A DNA stretch of 64,000 nt from Veillonella parvula (GTDB lineage: Bacteria > Bacillota > Negativicutes > Veillonellales > Veillonellaceae). Made by a program: the position numbers and the translations under genes. The stretch is taken from NCBI RefSeq assembly GCF_018366295.1, contig NZ_JAGZIJ010000001.1:484462-548461 (forward strand). Direction: 5' to 3'. Positions 10,594 to 20,790 of this stretch are shown here, one piece after another (the stretch's first letter is position 1; every line of letters begins with the position of its first letter). Under the pieces are notes generated by a model. The model had not been told where the DNA came from. It ran no database searches and saw only the letters and a program-made list of their open reading frames with translations.

Positions 10594-12540
10594 CTACATG
10601 TAACGACCACCAAAACTTTTATTAGATGTACGAACTTTAGTCACATCTCTACTACGCCTTTTTCCAGTCTGGCATCGATTCCTAGATTCGCAACCTCGTT
10701 TGCCATTACGAGATTTACTAGATTGGCTAATACGCTTAGAATTTCCACCAATTGGTCGGGGTGGAATTAAACATTCTGGGCCAAAGCCAATTAAATCACG
10801 TCGATTGGCTTCTATGAGAGCCTCTTTAACAAGGTCATAGTTTTCAATATTTTTAAACTGCATCAATGCGCGCTGTTTTGCTTTATCTCTACCCTTTTTA
10901 GCAACATAAACAGGTTTTCCATCTAGTGGATTAATGCCCGTATAATACATACAAGTAGAAAGGCTACCCGGCGTAGGAATAAAATCCTGTACTTGCTCTG
11001 GGTACATATGGTGATCTCGTAAAAATTCCGCTAATTCAATAGCATCCTCTAGGGCACAACCGGGATGAGAGCTCATAAAGTACGGCACTAAGTATTGTTT
11101 CTTACCAAGCTTTTTATTTGCCTCTTCAAACCAAGACTTAAAGGTTAGGAATTCTTCTTTACCAGCTTTCCCCATCATATTGGTAACCCGTTTAGATACA
11201 TGTTCTGGAGCTACCTTTAGCTGCCCACTTACGTGAAACTCGCAAAGTTCCCGCACAAAATCTTTATTGTTATCGGCTAGTACATAGTCATAACGCAAAC
11301 CAGAACGAACAAATACCTTTTTTACACCTTTTAGTTTACGTAATTTACGCAGTAAAGCAATATAGTCATCATGATTTGTATTCAAGTTTTCACAAGGTTC
11401 TGGAGCCGCACAAGTACGACCTTTACACGCACCATAGACAGCTTGTTTATCGCAAGCTAGATGGCGGAAATTTGCCGTAGGGCCCCCTACATCATGAATA
11501 TACCCTTTAAAATTGTCCATCTTGATCATCATGTGAGCTTCTTCAATCAAAGACTCATGACTACGATTCTGAATGATACGCCCTTGGTGATTAGTAATAG
11601 CACAGAAAGAACAACTGCCAAAGCAACCTCGTTGGCTCACAAGGCTAAATTGAACTTCGCTTAATGCTGGCACACCACCCTTATCATCGTATTTAGGATG
11701 CCACTTTCGAGTATATGGCAAGTTATAGACACCGTCCATTTCCTCCTGTGTCAATGGCAAGGCAGGCGTGTTCTGAATGAGATATCTATCACCATGCTTT
11801 TGGACTACAATACGTCCATAGAACGGATCTTGTTCATCGTATTGAATGCGGAATGCATCGGCAAAATCCATCTTATCCGCCTTAATAGCTTCATACGATG
11901 GGCACTCTACATAGTCAATGGTTGGAATTTCCTTTGCCATGTAGCAAATGCCACGTATAGATGGCAAAGACTCTTTAAATCGACCCTGATCTAAGGCATC
12001 AGCTAGTTCAACGATTTGAAGTTCTCCCATGCCATAGACGAGTACATCGGCCTTAGAATCTACTAAGATGGATCGACGCACCGTATCTGACCAATAGTCA
12101 TAATGACCAAAGCGACGCAAAGACGCTTCTATACCACCAATGATAAGAGGTACATCACTGTAAGCCTCCTTCATACGGTTAGCATATACCAAGGTAGCAC
12201 GATCTGGACGATGACCTGACTCACCACCTGGAGAATAATCATCTTGACGGCGAACTTTCTTTGCTGCCGTAAATTTATTAAGCATTGAATCTAAATTCCC
12301 TGCCGTAACAAGGGATGCTAGACGTGGTTTACCTAGTTTTTTGAAAGCCTCTACATCATTCCAATCTGGTTGATCTATAATGCCTACACGATAACCTTTG
12401 GATTCCAAGTATCTACCGATAACTGCAGGCGCAAAGGATGGATGGTCCACATAAGCGTCCCCACTGATGAGAACGAAATCTAATTCAGCCCAACCACGTT
12501 CCTTCATATCCGAAGGTTCTGTTACTAAAAATCTATCCAT
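10594..12540 (-). CDS. ygiQ: YgiQ-family (UPF0313) radical SAM protein
   Basis: 648 aa. The N-terminus WAELDFVLISGDAYVDHPSFAPAVIGRYLESKGYRVGIIDQPDW is the YgiQ signature. A radical SAM cluster motif and a basic C-terminal tail are present. Confidence 0.85.
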   Translation of the reverse strand: MDRFLVTEPSDMKERGWAELDFVLISGDAYVDHPSFAPAVIGRYLESKGYRVGIIDQPDWNDVEAFKKLGKPRLASLVTAGNLDSMLNKFTAAKKVRRQDDYSPGGESGHRPDRATLVYANRMKEAYSDVPLIIGGIEASLRRFGHYDYWSDTVRRSILVDSKADVLVYGMGELQIVELADALDQGRFKESLPSIRGICYMAKEIPTIDYVECPSYEAIKADKMDFADAFRIQYDEQDPFYGRIVVQKHGDRYLIQNTPALPLTQEEMDGVYNLPYTRKWHPKYDDKGGVPALSEVQFSLVSQRGCFGSCSFCAITNHQGRIIQNRSHESLIEEAHMMIKMDNFKGYIHDVGGPTANFRHLACDKQAVYGACKGRTCAAPEPCENLNTNHDDYIALLRKLRKLKGVKKVFVRSGLRYDYVLADNNKDFVRELCEFHVSGQLKVAPEHVSKRVTNMMGKAGKEEFLTFKSWFEEANKKLGKKQYLVPYFMSSHPGCALEDAIELAEFLRDHHMYPEQVQDFIPTPGSLSTCMYYTGINPLDGKPVYVAKKGRDKAKQRALMQFKNIENYDLVKEALIEANRRDLIGFGPECLIPPRPIGGNSKRISQSSKSRNGKRGCESRNRCQTGKRRSRDVTKVRTSNKSFGGRYM

Positions 12541-12579
12541 TGATTGTGTAAATGCCTTTCTATCATGCCTAATCAGATA

Positions 12580-13032
12580 CTAGAACAGGAATAACCATAG
12601 TAAAAATAATGCCATACAAACTAAAATAATCCCTAAAATAATGCGTTCTTGTACAATAGAGCGTTGACGTTTTCGTTGACGCGTTTCTAAGGACATACGC
12701 TTTTTAGATGTTTGGTATTCAACAAACTCACTTTGTACCAAATTAGGAGTTGCTTGAGCCTTCCGTCTTGTAACAGAACGTAAAGAAAAGGTATCTATGT
12801 CCCCTACTTGGCCCTGATATACTTTTACCAAGCGATCCCCATCAAGATCTAAGTAGTTACCATAGTTTCGAATAAAACCTTTTACGTAGACTTGACCAGG
12901 AATGATATCATAGTTGCCATCTTCGATAGCCTCTAAATAGGTTGTTTTAATGTGCAGCACTTGCTCCACATCTTTAAAGGTTAGATTACGTCTTACCCGT
13001 TCACGTCGTAATTCTTCGCCTAATTCAGCCAT
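12580..13032 (-). CDS. RodZ-like XRE-family HTH membrane protein (short form)
   Basis: 150 aa with an N-terminal HTH (LGEELRRERVRRNLTFKDVEQVLHIKTTYLEAIEDGNYDIIPGQVYVKGFIRNY) and a C-terminal TM helix. Its position upstream of the cinA-recA region parallels B. subtilis ymfM/rodZ. Confidence 0.6.
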   Translation of the reverse strand: MAELGEELRRERVRRNLTFKDVEQVLHIKTTYLEAIEDGNYDIIPGQVYVKGFIRNYGNYLDLDGDRLVKVYQGQVGDIDTFSLRSVTRRKAQATPNLVQSEFVEYQTSKKRMSLETRQRKRQRSIVQERIILGIILVCMALFLLWLFLF

Positions 13033-13080
13033 TTTCGTTCCTTTCTAAATCTACGTAATATTCATATAGTAATTAGCTAA

Positions 13081-15837
13081 TTATTGCTCATCATTGGAAT
13101 CGGAGAAATATCTAGCCTTAGCTTGTTCAGGGCTCATTAAAATTTCTCGCGCCTTACTGCCCATGCTAGGACCAACGATTTTAAGGTCTTCCATTGTATC
13201 TACAAGACGTGCCGCACGGGTATAACCTATACGGAAACGACGTTGCAACATCGATACGGAAGCTTGACCAGATTCCATAACGAGATTGACAGCTCGCTCT
13301 AATAATTCATCGCGGTAAACATCATTAGCATCAGAAGATTCTTTTTCAGCTTCCTTTTCCACTTCTTGAGTTACCGTATTATCATATTCTGGTTCTCGTT
13401 GAGCTTTCACAAACTCTACAAGTTTTTCTACCTCATCATCAGAAATGAAGGCCCCTTGTACACGAATAGGTTTATTAGCACCAATCGGAGCAAATAACAT
13501 ATCCCCTTTACCCAATAGTTTCTCTGCTCCTGCCATATCAAGAATGGTACGAGAGTCAATTTGAGAGCCTACAGCAAAGGAAATACGACTTGGCACATTG
13601 GCCTTGATAGAACCGGTAATAACGTTAACAGATGGCCGCTGCGTAGCAAGAACCATGTGAATACCTGCAGCACGAGCCATTTGTGCTAAACGACTAATAG
13701 ATTCTTCAATATCATCAGGAGCCGTCATCATAAGGTCAGCTAACTCGTCGATAATCAACACGATTAGCGGCATAGCAGCCTTAGGATGCGCTTCATTATA
13801 GCTCTTGATATCACGTTTACCAGATGCAGCAAACGCCTTATAACGAGCCTCCATTTCACGAACGGCCCAACGTAATACAGCTGCTGCTTTTTTCATATCC
13901 GTTACAACTGGAGCCATCAAGTGCGGGATCCCATTGTAAATAGACAATTCAACCATCTTAGGGTCGATTAATAATAACTTAACCTCTTCCGGTTTGCGGC
14001 TAAAGAGAATACTAGAAATTAATGTATTTACACATACGGATTTACCAGAGCCAGTTGTACCAGCTACGAGCAAGTGAGGCATCTTCGCAAGGTCTGTAAT
14101 AACAGGCTTTCCTGCAATATCCTTACCAAGGCCGACAGGAATACCTCCACGAGCATCTTTAAAGTCACTGCAATCAAGTACATCGCGTAAATGAACGGCT
14201 TCTGTCGTTTTATTAGGGACCTCAATACCGATGGCAGATTTCCCTGGAATCGGAGCCTCCATACGAATATGTTGTGCTGCCAAATTGAGGGCAATATCAT
14301 CTGTTAAATTAACGATACGACTCACTTTCACGCCTGGTGCAGGTTCAATTTCATAACGTGTAACAGTTGGGCCTTGTGTAGCATTAACAACCTTTGCCGT
14401 AATACCAAAGTCACTCAATACATGTTCAAGCATCATCGCATTTTGTGCTACTTCTTCACCATTGTTTTGACTCCCCTTCCCTTTCGCCAAAATATCTAGG
14501 CTTGGGAAATGGTAAGGTCTATCATAGGACCGATGAATCTGTCCATCTTTAGATACAGCTACTTGCGCCGTATCTTCTGTAGTACTAATAATGGACGGTA
14601 CTTGTAACCCCATACCTGCCATACCAGCTCCAGCACTTACAGAACTTGCCGCTGCACCCGTTCCTGGCACAGCGGAGGCAATAGCACCGTGATTCGTTTC
14701 CAATGGTCCTATTGTTGTATTTTGATAAGAGAATTCTGGTTCTTCATCATCAGAGTTTTCTACAGTTCCAACCTCATCTGAATACTCTTCATCTGGTGTA
14801 TATGAAAAGTCCTCATCTGGAACATATACATAATCATCACTCGTAGATCTATGCGTATCAGAGAATTGTTCAAAATTATCAGCTTCATAAGACTTAGCAT
14901 CACCAGATGCTTCAGATATATTAGCCAATTGCTCAGCCGCACGATTACGTGCTTCTATCTCAGCCAATTCCTTCCAAGATGTAGGAGTTCTTTGTGACTC
15001 CATAGTAGTAACTGTATCTTCAATAGGATCAACATCTATAGCTGTGGTAGAGTCAAAGAGGTCTCTTCCAGTAGCAATGCCTTGTTTTTCTAGTGCATCT
15101 AATGCTTGATCTGCTGCATCAGCAAAGCGTGTATCTTTTTCCCTGTTATAAGCTTTACGCTGTTCTGCCGCTTCTTTACGTTGTTCATTCCAATCTTCAA
15201 AGACTTCTTTTGCAACAGCAACCTTCTCAGCAGCTACCTCTTTTGCAACATCAAGGCCAACCTGTGTTTTGTCCGCAGCCTTTTGTAATCCACTGCGCAA
15301 AGACAAACGTGTCACCAGTAATCCAAAAGCTATGAGTAAGAATACATCAAGAATAATAGCCCCTAGATTGCCTAATAGTGTACGAAGGAATGTAGCAATT
15401 GCACCACCTACGAAACCACCTTGATTAGCTAGTTGTGTAGTAATGAGTTCCTGCCCCTCAGGAACGCGCCACAAGGGAACAAGAGCTAACAAAAATAGGA
15501 AAAACAAGGTCATTACAATCCCTCGTTTTGTAATGGAAATAAATGTATCCTTATATAATAATCTCCAACCTAACCAGAAAACGCATAAACAAGGAATAAT
15601 ACCCCCTAAGCCAAAGCCATAACGGAATATACCTGTTAAAATCTGTCCTACAAGGCCGAGTTCAAAGCCGAAAAAGCCCAGAAAGGAAATCACAGCAAAG
15701 GCAATGACAATAAGGCCTTTCACTTCGCTGCGCAAAGAAAAGCTTTGAGACTTTGATTGCTGTTTTGTACTTGTTCGCTTACGGCGTGTGTTGCGTCTTT
15801 TGGTGGAAGTATTTTCTTCTGCCATAAATCTATACAA
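13081..15837 (-). CDS. ftsK: DNA translocase FtsK/SpoIIIE
   Basis: 918 aa with N-terminal TM segments, a long low-complexity linker, an FtsK ATPase domain (Walker A GTTGSGKSV) and a C-terminal gamma/winged-helix domain. Confidence 0.93.
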   Translation of the reverse strand: MYRFMAEENTSTKRRNTRRKRTSTKQQSKSQSFSLRSEVKGLIVIAFAVISFLGFFGFELGLVGQILTGIFRYGFGLGGIIPCLCVFWLGWRLLYKDTFISITKRGIVMTLFFLFLLALVPLWRVPEGQELITTQLANQGGFVGGAIATFLRTLLGNLGAIILDVFLLIAFGLLVTRLSLRSGLQKAADKTQVGLDVAKEVAAEKVAVAKEVFEDWNEQRKEAAEQRKAYNREKDTRFADAADQALDALEKQGIATGRDLFDSTTAIDVDPIEDTVTTMESQRTPTSWKELAEIEARNRAAEQLANISEASGDAKSYEADNFEQFSDTHRSTSDDYVYVPDEDFSYTPDEEYSDEVGTVENSDDEEPEFSYQNTTIGPLETNHGAIASAVPGTGAAASSVSAGAGMAGMGLQVPSIISTTEDTAQVAVSKDGQIHRSYDRPYHFPSLDILAKGKGSQNNGEEVAQNAMMLEHVLSDFGITAKVVNATQGPTVTRYEIEPAPGVKVSRIVNLTDDIALNLAAQHIRMEAPIPGKSAIGIEVPNKTTEAVHLRDVLDCSDFKDARGGIPVGLGKDIAGKPVITDLAKMPHLLVAGTTGSGKSVCVNTLISSILFSRKPEEVKLLLIDPKMVELSIYNGIPHLMAPVVTDMKKAAAVLRWAVREMEARYKAFAASGKRDIKSYNEAHPKAAMPLIVLIIDELADLMMTAPDDIEESISRLAQMARAAGIHMVLATQRPSVNVITGSIKANVPSRISFAVGSQIDSRTILDMAGAEKLLGKGDMLFAPIGANKPIRVQGAFISDDEVEKLVEFVKAQREPEYDNTVTQEVEKEAEKESSDANDVYRDELLERAVNLVMESGQASVSMLQRRFRIGYTRAARLVDTMEDLKIVGPSMGSKAREILMSPEQAKARYFSDSNDEQ

Positions 15838-15907
15838 ACCCCTTACTTATATAACATTACAGTAAATTAACTTATCATTATATTATAGCATATATCGTAA
15901 TATTAAG

Positions 15908-17209
15908 TTAATTTTTACAACGTTTCTCCCAGTCGTGAAGTAACTGTTCCTCAGTCCCTCTCTTTATGCCCTTATAGTAGGTTGCATCAACTAGAGGCGT
16001 TGGTAAATACTGCTGTTTTACATATCCATTAGGATAATTATGAGCATACTTATAAGCTTTCCCATGGCCTAATTTACTAGCCCCGCTATAGTGACTATCT
16101 TTCAAATGATCAGGTACTTGTCCACAATCCTTATGTCGCACATCAGATATCGCGGCATCAATAGCTACATAAGCAGAATTACTTTTAGGTGCGAGAGCAA
16201 CATAGCACGCAGCCTCAGATAATATAATGCGCGCCTCAGGAAAACCTACCATATGAGCCGCTTGAGCCGCTGCGTTGGCAAGTATAAGAGCTTGTGGGTC
16301 CGCAAGTCCTACATCCTCTGCTGCACAAATAACAATACGACGAGCAATGAAATTAGGATCCTCTCCAGCTTCAATCATGCGTGCTAAATAATGTACCGTT
16401 GCCTGCACGTCAGAACCACGCATACTTTTTATAAAGGCTGAGATTGTATCGTAATGACTGTCTCCTTTTTTATCATATGTATATATACGACGACCTACGA
16501 CCTTTTCAAGAACCTCAATAGTAATCGTCCCCTCATCGGGAACCATAGCTGCAGCTTGTTCAAGAATATTAAGGGCCATGCGGCCATCACCATTGACGAA
16601 AATTCCCACATCTTCCAGAACTTCATCCGTTACCTGTAGATGGCGTTTGCCTAATCCCACTTCTTCATCGGTAATGGCGCGACGTAAAATTTGACCAATA
16701 GCCTTTGGTGTAAGTGCTTCTAATGTAATAAGACGCAAACGAGATAATAACGGTCTATTAACCTCAAAGAATGGATTCTCTGTTGTAGCACCAATAAGGA
16801 TAATAGTGCCATCCTCTACACAAGGTAACAACACATCTTGTTGGCTTTTATTAAAACGATGAATTTCATCGAGGAATAGAATTGTGCGTTGCTGTAAAGA
16901 ACGAACTCGTTTGCGCGCGTCTTCAATGATGGTGCGCAACTCACCAATACCGGCGTTAGTAGCATTCAGGTTTACAAAATGGCTATTACTCACCTTAGCT
17001 ATAATGCCAGCTAATGTAGTCTTACCCGTTCCACAAGGCCCATAAAAAAGCATAGATGGTATTGTATCCTTCTCTACCATAGCTCTCAAGAAAGTCCCCT
17101 TACCTACGGCCTTCTCTTGACCATATAAATGATCTAGTTTAGTAGGACGCATTCGTACAGGAAGCGGCTCGTATGTATTTGTAGGTGTCATATCAAACAA
17201 ACTATCCAT
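15908..17209 (-). CDS. rarA: Replication-associated recombination protein A (AAA+ ATPase, MgsA/RarA)
   Basis: 433 aa with Walker A GPCGTGKTTLA, an AAA+ core and an MgsA C-terminal domain. Confidence 0.9.
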   Translation of the reverse strand: MDSLFDMTPTNTYEPLPVRMRPTKLDHLYGQEKAVGKGTFLRAMVEKDTIPSMLFYGPCGTGKTTLAGIIAKVSNSHFVNLNATNAGIGELRTIIEDARKRVRSLQQRTILFLDEIHRFNKSQQDVLLPCVEDGTIILIGATTENPFFEVNRPLLSRLRLITLEALTPKAIGQILRRAITDEEVGLGKRHLQVTDEVLEDVGIFVNGDGRMALNILEQAAAMVPDEGTITIEVLEKVVGRRIYTYDKKGDSHYDTISAFIKSMRGSDVQATVHYLARMIEAGEDPNFIARRIVICAAEDVGLADPQALILANAAAQAAHMVGFPEARIILSEAACYVALAPKSNSAYVAIDAAISDVRHKDCGQVPDHLKDSHYSGASKLGHGKAYKYAHNYPNGYVKQQYLPTPLVDATYYKGIKRGTEEQLLHDWEKRCKN

Positions 17210-17450
17210 TCTATCACCTCAATTCGCACTCAGTTTAACTGTCGTATTTTCATATCTATAACTATTCAATCCAAAAAAATTACTGTCCCGTCATAAAAGC
17301 CTAATAACATCAGTAACTCGGTAACACTGATAATATTGGCAAGATATTTATAACATTTATGACATTTAGGACTCTTAAGATTTTAAATAGTTTAAATTCT
17401 TACCAAAGATATATTTATAGTATATGATATTTCAGTCTATTTTTACACGC

Positions 17451-17626
17451 AAAAAAGCCCCACCATGCCGTAATGTACCGCGTTTTGATCCTGCAAGGGC
17501 AGGTGGGTGTCCTCCTCATCCTGCAGTTGTCCCGTAAGGGCGTAACGTTCAGACGAGAGTTCAGACTCCCAAAGTAAATGTGTTGGCTCAAAACTGCGAT
17601 ATCACACGCACATGGCAGGGATATCT
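17451..17626 (-). ncRNA. ssrS: Candidate 6S RNA (SsrS-like structured small RNA), about 175 nt, in the aspS-rarA intergenic region
   Basis: No plausible CDS here; the 80-aa ORF at 17415..17657 has junk composition. The 5' end (CCCUGCCAUG) and 3' end (CAUGGUGGGG) of the minus-strand transcript pair over 10 bp, and this extends into an imperfect roughly 12 bp stem (GUUUUGAGC / GAUCAAAAC). A U6 tract follows the 3' arm. A promoter-like TTG...TATTTA lies upstream. Position just downstream of aspS matches where B. subtilis 6S-1 (bsrA) is located. Confidence 0.5.
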
Positions 17627-17704
17627 TATACTTAAATAGTATCAGAAAGATTAGCAATTAACAAGTCTTGACATTTCGATTTTAATCAATTCTTGCCTAT
17701 GTTT

Positions 17705-19522
17705 TTACACTAAAGATTGCTCTTGTTCTTCTTCTACATCTGGTTTAATATGCAACTCTTTTAATTGCTTTGGTTCTACTTCAGATGGAGCTTGGCTCAT
17801 GATATCAGAAGCAGATTGAGTTTTAGGGAATGCGATTACGTCGCGGATAGATTGACGTTTTGCCATCAACATAACAAGACGATCTAAGCCAAATGCACAA
17901 CCTGCATGAGGAGGTGCACCATATTGGAATGCATCAAGCATGAAGCCGAATTTGGATCTTGCTTCTTCAATGGACAAACCAATTGCTTTGAATACTTTTT
18001 CTTGTACGTCAGCTTGGTAGATACGCAAGGAACCGCCACCAATTTCTACGCCATTCAATACCATATCGTAAGCAATCGCTTTTACGCTGCCAGAATCAGA
18101 TTCCAATTTATCAAGATCCGCATGGCGTGGCATTGTGAACGGATGGTGCATTGCAACATAACGTTTTTCATCTTCGTTATATTCGAACATAGGGAAATCA
18201 GTTACCCAGGTGAATGCCAATTTATCTTGGTCAATCATGTTCATACGACGTGCCATTTCAAGGCGTAGTTCACCTAATGCACGTGCCACAGTTGCAGGTT
18301 TATCAGCAATCATCAATACGAGGTCGCCACCTTTAGCACCCATTTTTTCACCGATATTGCGAATTGTATCTTCACCTAAGAACTTCATGATTTGAGACTT
18401 GATAGAACCATCTTCGTTGAAGCAAGCCCATGCAAGGCCTTTGGCGCCGTAACGATTTACATATTCAACAAGGTCGTCAAGTTCACGGCGAGGAATGCCA
18501 GCGTCACCAGGTACAACAATACCTTTAACTACACCACCATTGTCGATAACAGAACGGAATACTTTGAATTCTGTATCTTTTACAAGATCAGTTACATCAG
18601 TAAAGGCCATATCAAAACGAAGATCCGGCTTATCAGAGCCGTATTTATCCATTGCTTCGTCCCATGTAATACGAGGCATAGGCAAAGAAATTTCTTTACC
18701 TAATGCAGTTTTAAATACATGAGCAATCATCTCTTCAAGCAATGCATAAATATCTTCTTCATCAACGAAGGACATTTCTAAGTCGAGCTGAGTGAACTCA
18801 GGTTGACGGTCTGCGCGCAAATCTTCATCGCGGAAGCAACGAACGATTTGGAAATATTTTTCGTAACCAGCAACCATCAAGATTTGTTTGAAAATTTGTG
18901 GAGATTGTGGCAACGCATAGAATGTACCAGCATTTACACGGGACGGCACTAGATAGTCACGAGCGCCTTCTGGTGTAGATTTAGTAAGCATTGGAGTTTC
19001 AATTTCCAAAAAATCGCGGCTATCGAAGAAATCGCGCATTGCTTTCGTTACTTTGTGACGCAAAATCAAGTTGCGTTGCATTTCTGGACGACGTAAGTCA
19101 AGGTAACGATATTTCAAGCGAATATTTTCATCTACATCGATATCATCTTGGATATAGAAAGGAGGAGTTTTAGCAGAGTTCAATACGCGCAACTCTTCAC
19201 AGAACATTTCGTATGCACCTGTAGGAAGATTTGGATTAATAGCAGCCTCATCACGCTTTGTAATCTTACCACGTACACAAAGCACATATTCATTACGAAC
19301 ATCCTCTGCTTTGTGGAACGATTCTACGTTATGATCTGGGGATGCCACCACTTGTACTACGCCAGAACGATCACGTAAATCCAAGAAAATCAAACCACCA
19401 TGGTCACGACGGCGTTCAACCCAACCACATAATACGACCTCTTTACCTACCTCTTGTTCAGAGATGGTGCCACAACCGTGCGTACGGTGTAAGCCTTGCA
19501 TTGTTTCCATTCTAATTGTCAT
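17705..19522 (-). CDS. aspS: Aspartate--tRNA ligase
   Basis: 605 aa class II aaRS with an anticodon-binding OB fold and a GAD insertion domain; follows hisS. Confidence 0.95.
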   Translation of the reverse strand: MTIRMETMQGLHRTHGCGTISEQEVGKEVVLCGWVERRRDHGGLIFLDLRDRSGVVQVVASPDHNVESFHKAEDVRNEYVLCVRGKITKRDEAAINPNLPTGAYEMFCEELRVLNSAKTPPFYIQDDIDVDENIRLKYRYLDLRRPEMQRNLILRHKVTKAMRDFFDSRDFLEIETPMLTKSTPEGARDYLVPSRVNAGTFYALPQSPQIFKQILMVAGYEKYFQIVRCFRDEDLRADRQPEFTQLDLEMSFVDEEDIYALLEEMIAHVFKTALGKEISLPMPRITWDEAMDKYGSDKPDLRFDMAFTDVTDLVKDTEFKVFRSVIDNGGVVKGIVVPGDAGIPRRELDDLVEYVNRYGAKGLAWACFNEDGSIKSQIMKFLGEDTIRNIGEKMGAKGGDLVLMIADKPATVARALGELRLEMARRMNMIDQDKLAFTWVTDFPMFEYNEDEKRYVAMHHPFTMPRHADLDKLESDSGSVKAIAYDMVLNGVEIGGGSLRIYQADVQEKVFKAIGLSIEEARSKFGFMLDAFQYGAPPHAGCAFGLDRLVMLMAKRQSIRDVIAFPKTQSASDIMSQAPSEVEPKQLKELHIKPDVEEEQEQSLV

Positions 19523-20790
19523 CCTTTCACCAAAGAAGTTATACGTTCAGCCACTGTATCAAGAGATACAGTCTCTTGTTCACTAGTATCCATGAATCGA
19601 ATTATGGCTTCTTTACGAGCCAATTCATCATCACCCAATATAATAACATATTTCGCATTAATTTTGTTAGCGTATTTTAATTGTGCCTTCATACTCTTGC
19701 CCTGCCCGTCCATTTCAACGGTAATATATTCATCATGTAAGGCTTGGCAAATTTTGAAAGTCTCTACCTTAGCCGCATCACCAAGAGCGACTACGAATAC
19801 AGATGGTTCTACAGTTGGCTCAGGCAATAAGTTTTGTTTTTCAAGAGCTAATAGTAAACGCTCCATGCCCATAGCAAAACCGATAGCTGGAGTATGAGGT
19901 CCATCGAGCTCTTCTACGAGACCATCGTAACGACCACCACCAGCTACAGCACTTTGAGCACCTAAAGGAGTATATTGTACCTCAAAGGCTGTCTTTGTAT
20001 AGTAATCAAGGCCACGTACGAGACGAGGATTTAAAGTATATTGCACATTAGCTGCAGTTAAATAGGTTTTCAATTCTTCAAAATGATCATGACACTCTTC
20101 ACATAAATGTTCGTGAATTTCAGGAGCACCTACGGACAAGGATTTGCATGTTTCATTTTTGCAGTCCAAGATACGCAAAGGATTTTTGTACAAACGCTCT
20201 TGGCAATCGCTACATAATTGTTCCTTTTTAGGTTCAAAGAAAGCGATTAATTTTTCTCGGTATACAGGACGACATGTTGGGCAACCTACGGAGTTTACTT
20301 CTACATTGAGGTCTTTAAGGCCAAAGTCTTTTAATAACTGTACAACCATACAGATAACTTCACTATCTACCACTGGAGATTGCGAACCTAGTACCTCTGC
20401 ACCAAACTGGTGGAATTGACGATAACGACCCGCTTGCGGTTTATCATGACGGAACATAGGGCCCATGTAATACCATTTTGTGAGACCTTCTTTACCATAT
20501 ACTTTATTTTCTAAGTATGCGCGCACAGCAGACGCCGTATTTTCAGGGCGTAAGGTAAAGCTAGAACCACCGTCATCACCAGTGGTAAAGGTGTACATCT
20601 CTTTTTGTACTACATCTGTAGTCTCACCGATACCACGTAAGAATAATTTAGTTTCTTCAAAGGCAGGTGTGCGAATTTCATTGAACCCATATACTTTACA
20701 AATTTCGCGCATACGTTGTTCAATATAATGCCAATGTATCATCTGTTCTGGCAAAAAGTCTTGTGTACCTCTTGGTTTTCTTATAGCCAT
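19519..20790 (-). CDS. hisS: Histidine--tRNA ligase. The start was chosen at MAIRKPRGTQDF; the ORF extends to 20805
   Basis: About 423 aa class II HisRS with the N-terminal RGTQD motif typical of HisS. It overlaps the upstream gene's stop and aspS's start, indicating translational coupling. Confidence 0.93.
   Translation of the reverse strand: MAIRKPRGTQDFLPEQMIHWHYIEQRMREICKVYGFNEIRTPAFEETKLFLRGIGETTDVVQKEMYTFTTGDDGGSSFTLRPENTASAVRAYLENKVYGKEGLTKWYYMGPMFRHDKPQAGRYRQFHQFGAEVLGSQSPVVDSEVICMVVQLLKDFGLKDLNVEVNSVGCPTCRPVYREKLIAFFEPKKEQLCSDCQERLYKNPLRILDCKNETCKSLSVGAPEIHEHLCEECHDHFEELKTYLTAANVQYTLNPRLVRGLDYYTKTAFEVQYTPLGAQSAVAGGGRYDGLVEELDGPHTPAIGFAMGMERLLLALEKQNLLPEPTVEPSVFVVALGDAAKVETFKICQALHDEYITVEMDGQGKSMKAQLKYANKINAKYVIILGDDELARKEAIIRFMDTSEQETVSLDTVAERITSLVKG

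Noticed and set aside
17415-17657. 80-aa ORF in the aspS-rarA gap
   Set aside because: Cys/Arg-rich junk composition, no SD, and it overlaps a structured element better explained as an ncRNA (candidate 6S RNA).
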